A stretch of DNA of 64,000 nucleotides, from positions 608,001 to 672,000 of the forward strand of contig CAXXWQ010000002.1 of the NCBI GenBank assembly GCA_963674945.2, in the 5' to 3' direction. Under the pieces are notes generated by a model. It saw only the letters and a list, made by a program, of their open reading frames with translations, searched no databases and had not been told where the DNA came from. This document shows positions 1 to 8,402 of the stretch, in pieces. The translations under genes and the position numbers were made by a program. The DNA is from an uncultured Desulfosarcina sp. (GTDB taxonomy: Bacteria > Desulfobacterota > Desulfobacteria > Desulfobacterales > Desulfosarcinaceae). The stretch's first letter is position 1, and each line of letters begins with the position of its first letter.

Positions 1-27
1 GAAAAACGGGTGATCTATAAGATTTAA
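1..27 (+). CDS. 3' end of an upstream gene (…EKRVIYKI*), partial
   Basis: Frame-1 reading ends in TAA at 25-27 and is followed by an intrinsic terminator. Confidence 0.4.
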   Translation, partial: EKRVIYKI

Positions 28-55
28 ACCGGTTTCTGCAAGATCATGAAACGCG

Positions 56-84
56 AAGCGCCCTGTCTTGGGGCGCTTTTTTTT
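56..84 (+). terminator. Rho-independent terminator
   Basis: Stem AAGCGCCC / GGGCGCTT with 7-nt loop, running into a T tract. Confidence 0.8.
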
Positions 85-134
85 GGTGTTGCCAAGCCGT
101 GCATTCCAATGAAAAATTCCAAATCACTAAACAA

Positions 135-345
135 CAGAAGTCAGAATGGCGATGTTGTCGCTGCGCTCCATCGTTTTTTTTCACATCGGCTGAGCCGAAG
201 GCGAACCCAAATTCTGGATTCTGGCCCCTGACGCCTGGATACTTTTTCTAATTTGTGATTTGGAATTTGTGTATTGGGATTTCTTCTTCAATGATGGAGC
301 GAAGCGACAGCATCGCCATTCCGGCTCCTGACGCCTGGATTCTCT
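135..345. repeat. Heptamer-arm palindromic element, empty, inverted relative to the other copies, plus an extra right arm
   Basis: CAGAAGTCAGAATGGCGATGTTGTCGCTGCGCTCCATCG (reverse S motif), short loop, GAGCCGAAGGCGAA (reverse P motif), TTCTGGATTCTGG; second S motif and arm at about 293-345. Confidence 0.8.
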
Positions 346-488
346 TCCCTCATGTCTCCGTGCCGTCATCCATCCACACCTATACTAGCTTGACCAGATT
401 CTTCTTTATTGATAGACACTTGCTTGAACTTACGCTGGGCGTCTCAAAATAAAATTGAAACGCACAGTTCCCGTTGGAGAAGAGGTCG

Positions 489-1133
489 ATGAAATACCAG
501 CGTCTGAGAAATCAAATGGTCACCAATCAGATCATCGCACGTGGGATCAACGATCCACACGTGCTGTCGGCCATGAGAACGGTACCGCGGCATCTGTTTG
601 TCAGTGAGGCAATGATGGATCAAGCCTATGGGGATTTTCCCCTGCCCATCGGCGAACAGCAGACGATCTCCCAACCATACATCGTCGCGGAGATGACACA
701 GGCGCTTCAGGTGACACCGGAAGATCGGGTATTGGAGATCGGCACCGGTTCCGGTTATCAGGCGGCGATCCTCGCCCAAATCGCCTTTCGGGTCTACACG
801 GTCGAACGCATTTATTCGCTCTACGCCAGAAGCCGAAAATTGTTCGATCAGCTTCGTTACCACAACATCGTCACGCGCTATTCCGACGGCACCACCGGCT
901 GGCAGGAACACAGTCCCTACGACGCCATTATCGTAACCGCAGGGGCACCCGAGATCCCTTCGGTTCTGGTAAACCAGTTGGCCATGGGCGGACGACTCGT
1001 GATTCCGGTGGGCGATCATCACAGCCAGGACCTGGTCAAGCTGTATCGTGACGAGAAGGGGATCCACCGGACCAATCTGGGGGGGTGCCGCTTCGTGAAG
1101 TTAATAGGCGAACATGGTTGGGATGCACCATAG
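489..1133 (+). CDS. pcm: Protein-L-isoaspartate(D-aspartate) O-methyltransferase
   Basis: Motifs QTISQPYIVA, VLEIGTGSGYQAA, PYDAIIVTA, GGRLVIPVG; ATG 489 chosen downstream of GGAGA. Confidence 0.95.
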   Translation: MKYQRLRNQMVTNQIIARGINDPHVLSAMRTVPRHLFVSEAMMDQAYGDFPLPIGEQQTISQPYIVAEMTQALQVTPEDRVLEIGTGSGYQAAILAQIAFRVYTVERIYSLYARSRKLFDQLRYHNIVTRYSDGTTGWQEHSPYDAIIVTAGAPEIPSVLVNQLAMGGRLVIPVGDHHSQDLVKLYRDEKGIHRTNLGGCRFVKLIGEHGWDAP

Positions 1134-1135
1134 TT

Positions 1136-1259
1136 GACGGCTTCGTAAAAAGTCCGATATCTGCGTTACGCTTCACCCCTCGTCACTGCGACGTATCATT
1201 AATACGCCTCATTCCTCGGGGTTCGCAAGCCTTGATCTCGAACTTTTTACGAAGCCGTC
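1136..1259. repeat. MITE/REP-like palindromic element
   Basis: Perfect 18-bp terminal inverted repeat GACGGCTTCGTAAAAAGT (1136-1153) / ACTTTTTACGAAGCCGTC (1242-1259). Confidence 0.8.
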
Positions 1260-1293
1260 CGAAACCCGACTTCTTACGAGTTCATCATAGTTC

Positions 1294-1436
1294 GTGTCCA
1301 TCCAGAAATGGTAGATCATGGCGCAGGCCAAGGCCGCAGAGACGTTGAAACCGGAGGCGTAGCAGCGCTACGTTGAGGATTTCGACGGAGCGAGAACGCC
1401 GGCATGGGCCATGAGATGCCGTTTCTGGATGGACAC
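1294..1436. repeat. Second MITE/REP-like palindromic element
   Basis: 15-bp inverted repeat GTGTCCATCCAGAAA / TTTCTGGATGGACAC with central hairpin CGTAGC-AGC-GCTACG-like. Confidence 0.75.
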
Positions 1437-1451
1437 TCGTTAGGACACGAT

Positions 1452-2030
1452 ATGAGGCGACTATACGACTGGGTCCTCCACTGGGCGGCCACTCCCTATG
1501 GCACTTGGGCACTCTTTCTTCTGGCATTCGCCGAATCTTCCTTTTTTCCCATACCGCCCGATGTGCTTTTAATCGCCATGTGTGTCGCCCGGCCCGAGCG
1601 ATCCTTTCGATTCGCCCTGGTTTGTTCCGTCGGATCGGTGCTGGGGGGATGCCTGGGGTATTTGATCGGCTGGCAGTTCATGGCATCGCTGGGGAGCCGG
1701 ATCGTCGATTTTTACGGATTGACCGAAAAGGTGACGTACATCGAGAACCTTTACAGCACCTACGACGCCTGGGCTGTGGGCATTGCCGGCTTCACCCCGA
1801 TTCCGTACAAGGTGTTCACGATCGCCGCCGGCATGTTCAAGATCGATTTCGCGGTGTTCGTTTTGGCCTCGGCGGCTTCCCGGTCGGCCCGTTTCTTTCT
1901 TGTGGGGGGGCTGATCCGGGTGTTCGGGCCGCAGATCCAACGCTTCATCGATCGCTATTTCGATATCCTTGCCGTCTCCTTCACCGTTTTGCTGGTCGGT
2001 GGTTTTGTCTTGTTCAAATACCTTTTTTAA
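1452..2030 (+). CDS. YqaA/DedA (VTT domain) family membrane protein
   Basis: ESSFFPIPPDVLL, GSVLGGCLGY and FTPIPYKVFTIAAG motifs; ATG 1452 follows AGGA. Confidence 0.9.
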   Translation: MRRLYDWVLHWAATPYGTWALFLLAFAESSFFPIPPDVLLIAMCVARPERSFRFALVCSVGSVLGGCLGYLIGWQFMASLGSRIVDFYGLTEKVTYIENLYSTYDAWAVGIAGFTPIPYKVFTIAAGMFKIDFAVFVLASAASRSARFFLVGGLIRVFGPQIQRFIDRYFDILAVSFTVLLVGGFVLFKYLF

Positions 2031-2096
2031 GGGGCAGAATATGGATCTGCGGAATCGAGGATCCAAGGGGGACAAGGGAACGATCCAAAAATATGC

Positions 2097-2347
2097 AGGA
2101 TTAGAATCCAGGAGTCAGAATTCAGAATACAGAAGTTGGCCCCGCCTTCGGCGCAGCCGAAAAGAATGTAACCACAGAGGACGCAAAAGAGCACAGAGAA
2201 AGAATCAAATTGCAGTTCTCTGTGGCCTCTGAATAAAGCATTACCTGAAAAGGTAGGCATCTTTACATTAGAAGGAGCGCAACGAAAAAATCGTCGTTCT
2301 GATTTCTGCTGTTCCGTAATTCGTTCCTTATTCAACGTTCGATGTTG
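2097..2347. repeat. Degenerate heptamer-arm element with internal CACAGAG/CTCTGTG hairpin cargo
   Basis: Colinear with 20936-21174: heptamer arm, CGCCTTCGGCG, ACCACAGAGGAC…TTCTCTGTG, CCTGAAAAGG, GGAGCGCAACG. Confidence 0.75.
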
Positions 2348-2486
2348 AGAACGCCGGCCACAACATCATCGAGACCGCGTCTGCCTACTGGCAGGCCATC
2401 AACGAATATTCGGCACCACGATAGTCGAATTCATGTGGCCGCACGGGACTGACAGTCGTTTTGGCCAGGAAATTACATAGTTGGGG

Positions 2487-2515
2487 TTGCCATCCGGCGC
2501 AAAGTAACGTATAAA
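2487..2515 (+). promoter_or_regulatory. Putative sigma70 promoter of the kps operon
   Basis: TTGCCA-17 nt-TATAAA, about 165 bp upstream of kdsB. Confidence 0.5.
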
Positions 2516-2681
2516 TAATCCGGCTGCGATAAAATCGTCAGCGTTTCCTTTTTCCATGCGAAAAGAGCGATCCTTCTAACAGTTTATCATATTCTTTTTG
2601 TGTCATTCGGTCCGAATGGTGATTTCGTCCGATGAACGACGCAAATCCGAAACGGCGTTGGATGAGGATTAGATTTATCAT

Positions 2682-3437
2682 ATGAAGATCGTTATTGTGA
2701 TTCCGGCGCGATATCAATCGTCTCGTTTTCCGGGGAAACCCCTTGCCAATATTTTAGGCAAACCCATGATTCAGCATGTCTACGAGAGATCCTGCCTGGC
2801 GACATGCGCGAGCCGGATCCTGGTCGCCACCGATGACCGCCGCATTGCCGATGTCGTCGAGGGATTTGGCGGAGAGGTCATGATGACAGACCCGGATCAT
2901 CCGTCGGGAACGGATCGGGTCGTCGAAGTGGCCAGGCGAATTCCGGCGGATATCTACGTCAACGTTCAGGGCGATGAGCCATTGATTCGACCGGCGGATA
3001 TCGATCGCCTGGCCCATGCCCTGGTCCATTGCGGCTCGGTTGATGTGGCGACCCTTTGCCACCCCATCTCCGTCAAGGAGGCCCTGGATCTCAATACCGT
3101 GAAACTGATCAAATCCCACAACGATAACGCCCTGTACTTCAGCCGCAATCCCATCCCCTATGTTTCGGAACAGACGAAAGTGGCAAACGTCTACTGGAAA
3201 CACATCGGCGTTTACGCCTATCGGTCAAAACTCCTGTCCCGTTACAACGAACTGCCCGAATCCGATCTGGAACAATGGGAGTGTCTGGAACAACTGCGAT
3301 TGCTCCAGGCGGACATCGCCATCAAGGCCGTACCCACCCATCCCACCGGCCCGGGTGTGGATACCCCCGCCTGTTTGAAGCGGGTGATCGAGATCATGGC
3401 CAGAGAACAAACGTATGGACCGACCCTGGCCAACTAA
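2682..3437 (+). CDS. kdsB: 3-deoxy-manno-octulosonate cytidylyltransferase (CMP-Kdo synthetase, KpsU/KdsB)
   Basis: IPARYQSSRFPGKPL, SGTDR, VNVQGDEP, YFSR, KHIGVYAY, LEQLR. Confidence 0.95.
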   Translation: MKIVIVIPARYQSSRFPGKPLANILGKPMIQHVYERSCLATCASRILVATDDRRIADVVEGFGGEVMMTDPDHPSGTDRVVEVARRIPADIYVNVQGDEPLIRPADIDRLAHALVHCGSVDVATLCHPISVKEALDLNTVKLIKSHNDNALYFSRNPIPYVSEQTKVANVYWKHIGVYAYRSKLLSRYNELPESDLEQWECLEQLRLLQADIAIKAVPTHPTGPGVDTPACLKRVIEIMAREQTYGPTLAN

Positions 3438-4242
3438 AGTCTCGGGCAACCTTTCCCTTCGCCGCACCCCCTGGCAGATCCACCGCGCCGTGGTCTTCGC
3501 CCTGATCATGCGGGAGATGAAGACGCGTTTTGGTGCCAAGAAGTTCGGTTACTTCTGGGGGTTCCTGCAGCCCATGCTGTTCCTGCTCATTTTCTGGGTG
3601 ATGATTTCACTTGCCCTTCGGGGCTCAAGGAGCGGGACCGGCCTGGATTTTCGCATGTATCTGCTCACCGGGTTTCTTCCCTACGGCCTGTTTCGAACCA
3701 TCGTCAACAGCTCCATGAACGCCTATACTGCCAACCAGGGGCTGTTCAGTTACCGTCAGGTCAAACCCATCGACACCCTGGTCTCCCGGTGTATCGTGGA
3801 ATGTATCGTGAACCTGTTCGGTTTTGTTTTTTTGGGATTTGTCGCCATGGCCCTGGGATTCGGTTCACCCGTCCACGACATGCTCTTATTGATGTGGACA
3901 CTTTTTCTGCTGGTGTGGTTTTCTTTTTGTTTAGGGCTTTTTTTTTCCGTGATTGGAACCTTTTCGGAAACTTTTCCGAATGTCGTCAGCGTCCTCTTAA
4001 CCCCACTGTTCTGGCTCTCGGGGGTAATGATCCCAATTACCTCCCTTCCAGAAAAATATCAGAGTTGGCTGTTTTTTAATCCTCTATTACACTTCATGGA
4101 ACTGATACGTGTTGCCTATTTCGAGGGGTATTATAGTCCGTTGGCCAGTTATGGGTACATCACATGCTGGACAATCGGTTTTTCTTTTTTGGGGCTGTGG
4201 TTGTACACTCGTTTGAAAAACAGGATCATCTTGTCGCTATGA
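3415..4242 (+). CDS. kpsM: Capsule ABC transporter permease
   Basis: ALIMREMKTRFG…GYFW, YRQVKPIDT, NPLLHFMEL; multiple hydrophobic segments. Confidence 0.92.
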   Translation: MDRPWPTKVSGNLSLRRTPWQIHRAVVFALIMREMKTRFGAKKFGYFWGFLQPMLFLLIFWVMISLALRGSRSGTGLDFRMYLLTGFLPYGLFRTIVNSSMNAYTANQGLFSYRQVKPIDTLVSRCIVECIVNLFGFVFLGFVAMALGFGSPVHDMLLLMWTLFLLVWFSFCLGLFFSVIGTFSETFPNVVSVLLTPLFWLSGVMIPITSLPEKYQSWLFFNPLLHFMELIRVAYFEGYYSPLASYGYITCWTIGFSFLGLWLYTRLKNRIILSL

Positions 4243-4895
4243 TTCGGCTGCAAAACGTAACCAAATACTTCGAGACCAAAGGGGACCGAAAATACATCCT
4301 CAAGGATGTGACCCTGACCATCCCCAGCAGGACAAATCTGGGTATTCTGGGGCTCAACGGAACCGGCAAGTCCACCCTGCTGCGCATGTTGGGCGGTATC
4401 GATTTTCCCAACCGGGGGCGCATCGAATCCGATATGAATTTTTCCTGGCCCCTGGCTTTGGGAAGCGGTTTTCAGGGCAGCCTTACGGGAAAGGAAAATG
4501 CCCAGTTCGTCTGCCGAATCTACGACCTGTCAGAGGCCGAGATAAAACAGACAATGGATTTCATCCTCGAATTCACCGAACTGGGGGACTACTTTCACAT
4601 GCCCGTGAAGACCTATTCGTCTGGTATGAAATCCCGACTCAATTTTGCCACGAGTCTTGCCTTTGATTTCGATTGCTATCTCATCGACGAGGTCCTCAGC
4701 GTGGGGGATCCGAAATTCCGGGAAAAGGCCAATGCGGCATTGAAAGATCTGATGCATCGCCGCAACTTCCTGCTGGTGAGCCATAGCTTGCCGGTACTCA
4801 GGGAGATGTGCGACAGCGGTATCGTCCTTTCCGACGGCCGGCTCTCCTATTTCGAGGATGTCAAAGAGGCCATTGGATACTATCAGTCACTATGA
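4239..4895 (+). CDS. kpsT: Capsule ABC transporter ATP-binding protein
   Basis: Walker A GLNGTGKS, YSSGMKSRL, YLIDE; ATGA overlap with kpsM. Confidence 0.95.
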   Translation: MIRLQNVTKYFETKGDRKYILKDVTLTIPSRTNLGILGLNGTGKSTLLRMLGGIDFPNRGRIESDMNFSWPLALGSGFQGSLTGKENAQFVCRIYDLSEAEIKQTMDFILEFTELGDYFHMPVKTYSSGMKSRLNFATSLAFDFDCYLIDEVLSVGDPKFREKANAALKDLMHRRNFLLVSHSLPVLREMCDSGIVLSDGRLSYFEDVKEAIGYYQSL

Positions 4896-6046
4896 ATCGC
4901 ATTGAATTGGAATCAAAACCCATGGGTGGTATAAAGAAAGTCATCGGGCCCCGGATGTGGAAAATTGTCAAGGCCCACGGCATGAAGCTGATCGTAATGG
5001 CGGTGCCGTTGGCGGTTTTTCTTATCTATATCGCCTTTTTCGCCGTGGAGAAATACCGCTCCGAATCCATTTATGTCATCCGGGATCTGGCTACCCAACA
5101 GAGTCTGGGCGTGGACTTGAGTCTCTTCGGAGGGGGCAGTTCCAGCTCTCAGCTGGATTCAAAGATCGTCGTCAATTACCTGCAGTCCATGGATATCTTC
5201 AATCGTGTGGACCGGTGGTTCAACCTGACCGCCCGATACCGCAGCGAAAAGACCGATATCCTGGACCGGCTTATTTTCAATCCCACCGCAGAGGATTATC
5301 TGGATCTGTTTCGCAAGAACCTGAAGATCGTTTCCGATGAGGCCAGCGGCATCACCACCATCTCCTTCGACTGCTCCGACCCGGAACTGGCCCAATCCAT
5401 CCTTCGGTATCTGCTGACCGCCGGCGAAGCCTTTTTGAACCAGTTGAACCACAACACGGCGGAAAAGAAGATCGCCTTTCTCACCGAACAGCTGGCGGAC
5501 AACAAGGCCAAGTGGGACGATGCCGTGCAGGCGATGGAAGTATTTCAAAACAAGCACCGGCTGGTGGACCCGTCCGCATCCCTTTCCACCTACCACAACA
5601 TCATCGCCGGCATCGAGATGGAGATCGCCAAAAAAACCTCCGAATACAATCAGCTTCTGCGCTACATGTCTCCCGACACCATGGAGGCGAGCAAATTGAA
5701 AAATGAGATCGAGGAGCAAAAGGCCGCGCTGGACAAAATGAAAAACCGGTTGTCCGGTCCGGAAAAACAGCATCTCAACGATCTGATCTTCGAATACCAG
5801 CGGTTGCAGTCCGTTGTGGATTTTGCCAGCGAGGTTTACAAAAACACGCTGGTGCAGTACGAAATGAACAAGATGGAGGCATTGCAGGAGTCCAAGGTGT
5901 TCGAAGTGATCGCCGTTCCTTCGCTGCCGGACGGTCATGTGTATCCCAAACGCATCCGCATGACCCTAACGGCCATTGTCCTGATTTTCCTTTTTTATCG
6001 CGTCGTAATGTTAGTATGGATTGTTATTCGAGACCATAAGGATTGA
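4892..6046 (+). CDS. kpsE: Capsule export inner-membrane co-polymerase (KpsE/RkpR)
   Basis: N- and C-terminal TM segments with a coiled-coil core, PSLPD…YPKR motif, position after kpsT. Confidence 0.88.
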   Translation: MNRIELESKPMGGIKKVIGPRMWKIVKAHGMKLIVMAVPLAVFLIYIAFFAVEKYRSESIYVIRDLATQQSLGVDLSLFGGGSSSSQLDSKIVVNYLQSMDIFNRVDRWFNLTARYRSEKTDILDRLIFNPTAEDYLDLFRKNLKIVSDEASGITTISFDCSDPELAQSILRYLLTAGEAFLNQLNHNTAEKKIAFLTEQLADNKAKWDDAVQAMEVFQNKHRLVDPSASLSTYHNIIAGIEMEIAKKTSEYNQLLRYMSPDTMEASKLKNEIEEQKAALDKMKNRLSGPEKQHLNDLIFEYQRLQSVVDFASEVYKNTLVQYEMNKMEALQESKVFEVIAVPSLPDGHVYPKRIRMTLTAIVLIFLFYRVVMLVWIVIRDHKD

Positions 6047-6050
6047 GAGC

Positions 6051-7727
6051 ATGAAACGAACCGTTTTTGCCTGTTTCGCCGCCGCCGTACTTCTTTTTTC
6101 ATTAACACCGCCATCCATCTTCGCCGCCGATATCTCCATCGGGGATGCGGTCATCCCCGAGTCGGAACTGGCGGAGTCCGGCCTGACGGGGGGGGACACG
6201 CCATCCACACCGGAGAACAGGGCTGCCGAAACGGGTCGGGAATCCGTATTCGGTCAAAATCTATTTCAGGGCCAATTCAGCCAGAAGGCACAGCCCTACT
6301 TCAACCCTGCCTACAAGGTCGCCATCGGTGATGTCATCAATCTGAAAATTTGGGGTGCCTTCGAACTGGAGATCAATGCGCCGGTGGATTCCCAGGGAAA
6401 TATCTTCATCCCAAAACTGGGAACGGTGGCCGTTGCCGGCGTGGCCAACAAGGACCTGGTGCGCGTCATCACGGCAAAGGTCTCCCAGTCCTACAAACAG
6501 AAGATTAACGTCTATGCCAACGTTGCCAGTTATCAGCCGGTTTGGGTGTTCGTCACCGGAAACGTCCATAAACCGGGATTATACCAGGGTATGGCGTCGG
6601 ATTCCGTTTTGCAGTTCATCGACAAGGCGAGGGGAATCAATCTGAAATACGGAAGTTTTCGGAAAATTTCCATTGTCCGTGACAATAAGGTGATCCGAAG
6701 AATCGATCTGTACGGCTTTCTTACCGAAGGGAAATTGGAGCTGTTTCAGTTTCACGACGGCGATTCCATCGTCATCGGCGATCTTGCCTACCGCATCACC
6801 ACGACCGGGGACGTGCAACGTCCTTTCATGTTCGAATTCACCGCTTCCCAAGTTCCCCTGCGGGAAGTACTGGACCTGGCGATGCCCAATGTGACGGCGA
6901 ACAACCTTACATTGACCCGATGGACACCGGACAACAAAAGAGAACTCCATGCGTATTCCTTCTCCGAAATCGATCAGGTGATGGTGCAGTCCGGCGACCA
7001 GATCGAAGTCTACTCCGATCATACGGAGAATTCGAACAAGATCACCATTGTCGGAGAGCACAAGGGGCCCCACACCTTCGTCGTTCCCAAGAACTACACC
7101 CTTTCCGAACTGATGAACAAAGTCATCGTTACCGACCTGTCGGACGTCGAATCCATGCAGTTGTTCCGAAAAAGTGTCGCCGAGAGGCAAAAACAGCTTC
7201 TGGATGCAAAACTCGACGAACTGGAAAAACTGGTGTTGACCAGCTCGGCGGTGACCAAGGACGAAGCCCTGATGCGCAGCCAGGAAAGCAAATCGATTCT
7301 GACCTTCATCGACCGGGCCAGGCGGCTGGAACCCAAAGGGCGGGTCATTATTCACGACCGCCAGGGATTTTCCGATATCTTCTTGGAAGATGGCGACCAG
7401 CTGTACATTCCCCGGAAGAACAACATCGTTCAAATCCAAGGGGAAGTCTCCTTTCCGGGCGCCCATACCTATATTGCGAAAAGTACCGTCGGCGATTATA
7501 TCAAGCTGGCCGGTGATTTCGGGGAGCGGGCCGATAAGGACCGGGTTCTGTTGATTCGAAAAAACGGTACCGTGGTGAAATGCGATGGAGAGAATGAATT
7601 GGTCGAAAAAGGCGACTCGATTCTGGTATTTCCCAAGCTGGAAGGAAAAACCATTCAGCTGACCAGGGATCTTACCCAGATACTGTACCAGATGGCCATC
7701 ACGTTCGGTGTCTTTTTGTCGATATAG
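6051..7727 (+). CDS. kpsD: Polysaccharide export OPX protein with SLBB repeats
   Basis: Signal peptide, Y..GD…VDSQGNIFIP.LG PES motif, repeated V.G.V..PG SLBB motifs. Confidence 0.9.
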   Translation: MKRTVFACFAAAVLLFSLTPPSIFAADISIGDAVIPESELAESGLTGGDTPSTPENRAAETGRESVFGQNLFQGQFSQKAQPYFNPAYKVAIGDVINLKIWGAFELEINAPVDSQGNIFIPKLGTVAVAGVANKDLVRVITAKVSQSYKQKINVYANVASYQPVWVFVTGNVHKPGLYQGMASDSVLQFIDKARGINLKYGSFRKISIVRDNKVIRRIDLYGFLTEGKLELFQFHDGDSIVIGDLAYRITTTGDVQRPFMFEFTASQVPLREVLDLAMPNVTANNLTLTRWTPDNKRELHAYSFSEIDQVMVQSGDQIEVYSDHTENSNKITIVGEHKGPHTFVVPKNYTLSELMNKVIVTDLSDVESMQLFRKSVAERQKQLLDAKLDELEKLVLTSSAVTKDEALMRSQESKSILTFIDRARRLEPKGRVIIHDRQGFSDIFLEDGDQLYIPRKNNIVQIQGEVSFPGAHTYIAKSTVGDYIKLAGDFGERADKDRVLLIRKNGTVVKCDGENELVEKGDSILVFPKLEGKTIQLTRDLTQILYQMAITFGVFLSI

Positions 7728-7804
7728 CAATGCGTTCGGGCGAGATGATCGTAAGAAAAATGAGCTGAAAAAGAATCAAGACGTCAGGGAGGCAACACCT
7801 AACA

Positions 7805-8185
7805 AAATTCCAAATCACAAAATAGAAAGAGAATTCAGGAGTCAGAAGTCAGAATCCAGGAGTTGGATTCGCCTTCGGCTCAATCGCCAAACAAAGCTGT
7901 AAATTCAGAATGTTGGGTGGAATAACCACCGGCATAAAAATTTCAAGACTTGATTGTATGGCAAAAAACTCATCAATTTGTTCTGGTTGTGCATCGCTAT
8001 AGTGAATCATTCCCTAAACATGAGATTTATGGGCTGACCTCACAATTATGAAACGAAGCGACAACATAGCCATTCTGAATTCTGACTCCTGGATTCTGGC
8101 TTCTGTAATTTTGGAATTTGGATATTGGTATTTTTCTTCTTCGAATAGCTCTTTCTAATGTTCGACGTTCGATTTTCAGCGTTCA
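7805..8185. repeat. Nested inverted-arm element enclosing a four-helix-bundle fragment
   Basis: AAATTCCAAATCAC; heptamer arm 7831-7862; P motif; cargo; CGAAGCGACAAC; reverse arm to 8105; TTTGGAATTTGG; TTCGACGTTCGA. Confidence 0.85.
7917..8048 (+). pseudogene. Four-helix-bundle gene, 5' fragment (copy 1)
   Basis: Encodes FQDLIVWQKTHQFVLVVHRYSESFPKHEIYGLTSQL, then joins directly to the S motif; homologous to 31789-32160. Confidence 0.85.
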
Positions 8186-8226
8186 TTTTGTGCTTGACGG
8201 TTGGACTTTGTCGAGCTTTTCATCCT

Positions 8227-8303
8227 TAAGCTCTAAGCTCTAAGCTCTAAGCTCTAAGCTCTAAGCTCTAAGCTCTAAGCTCTAAGCTCTAAGCTCTAAG
8301 CTC
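8227..8303 (+). repeat. Perfect tandem heptamer (TAAGCTC)11
   Basis: 77 bp counted directly. Confidence 0.97.
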
Positions 8304-8330
8304 TTGGATTCTGTATTCTGTAGTTTTACC

Positions 8331-8359
8331 ATGACATAATCTACAATTACTGTTATAAT
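8331..8359 (+). promoter_or_regulatory. Putative extended -10 sigma70 promoter
   Basis: ATGACA-17 nt-TATAAT with TGn extension, 43 bp before the ATG at 8403. Confidence 0.6.
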
Positions 8360-8402
8360 TGCAAAAATTCTTGATTAATCTAAAATCCAAATCACATACC
8401 CT

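Noticed and set aside
2347..2424. ENAGHNIIETASAYWQAINEY…: possible alpha/beta-hydrolase C-terminal relic
   Set aside because: Too short to support without a search
2520..2681. ops/JUMPstart element in the capsule leader
   Set aside because: No GGCGGTAG motif seen upstream of kdsB
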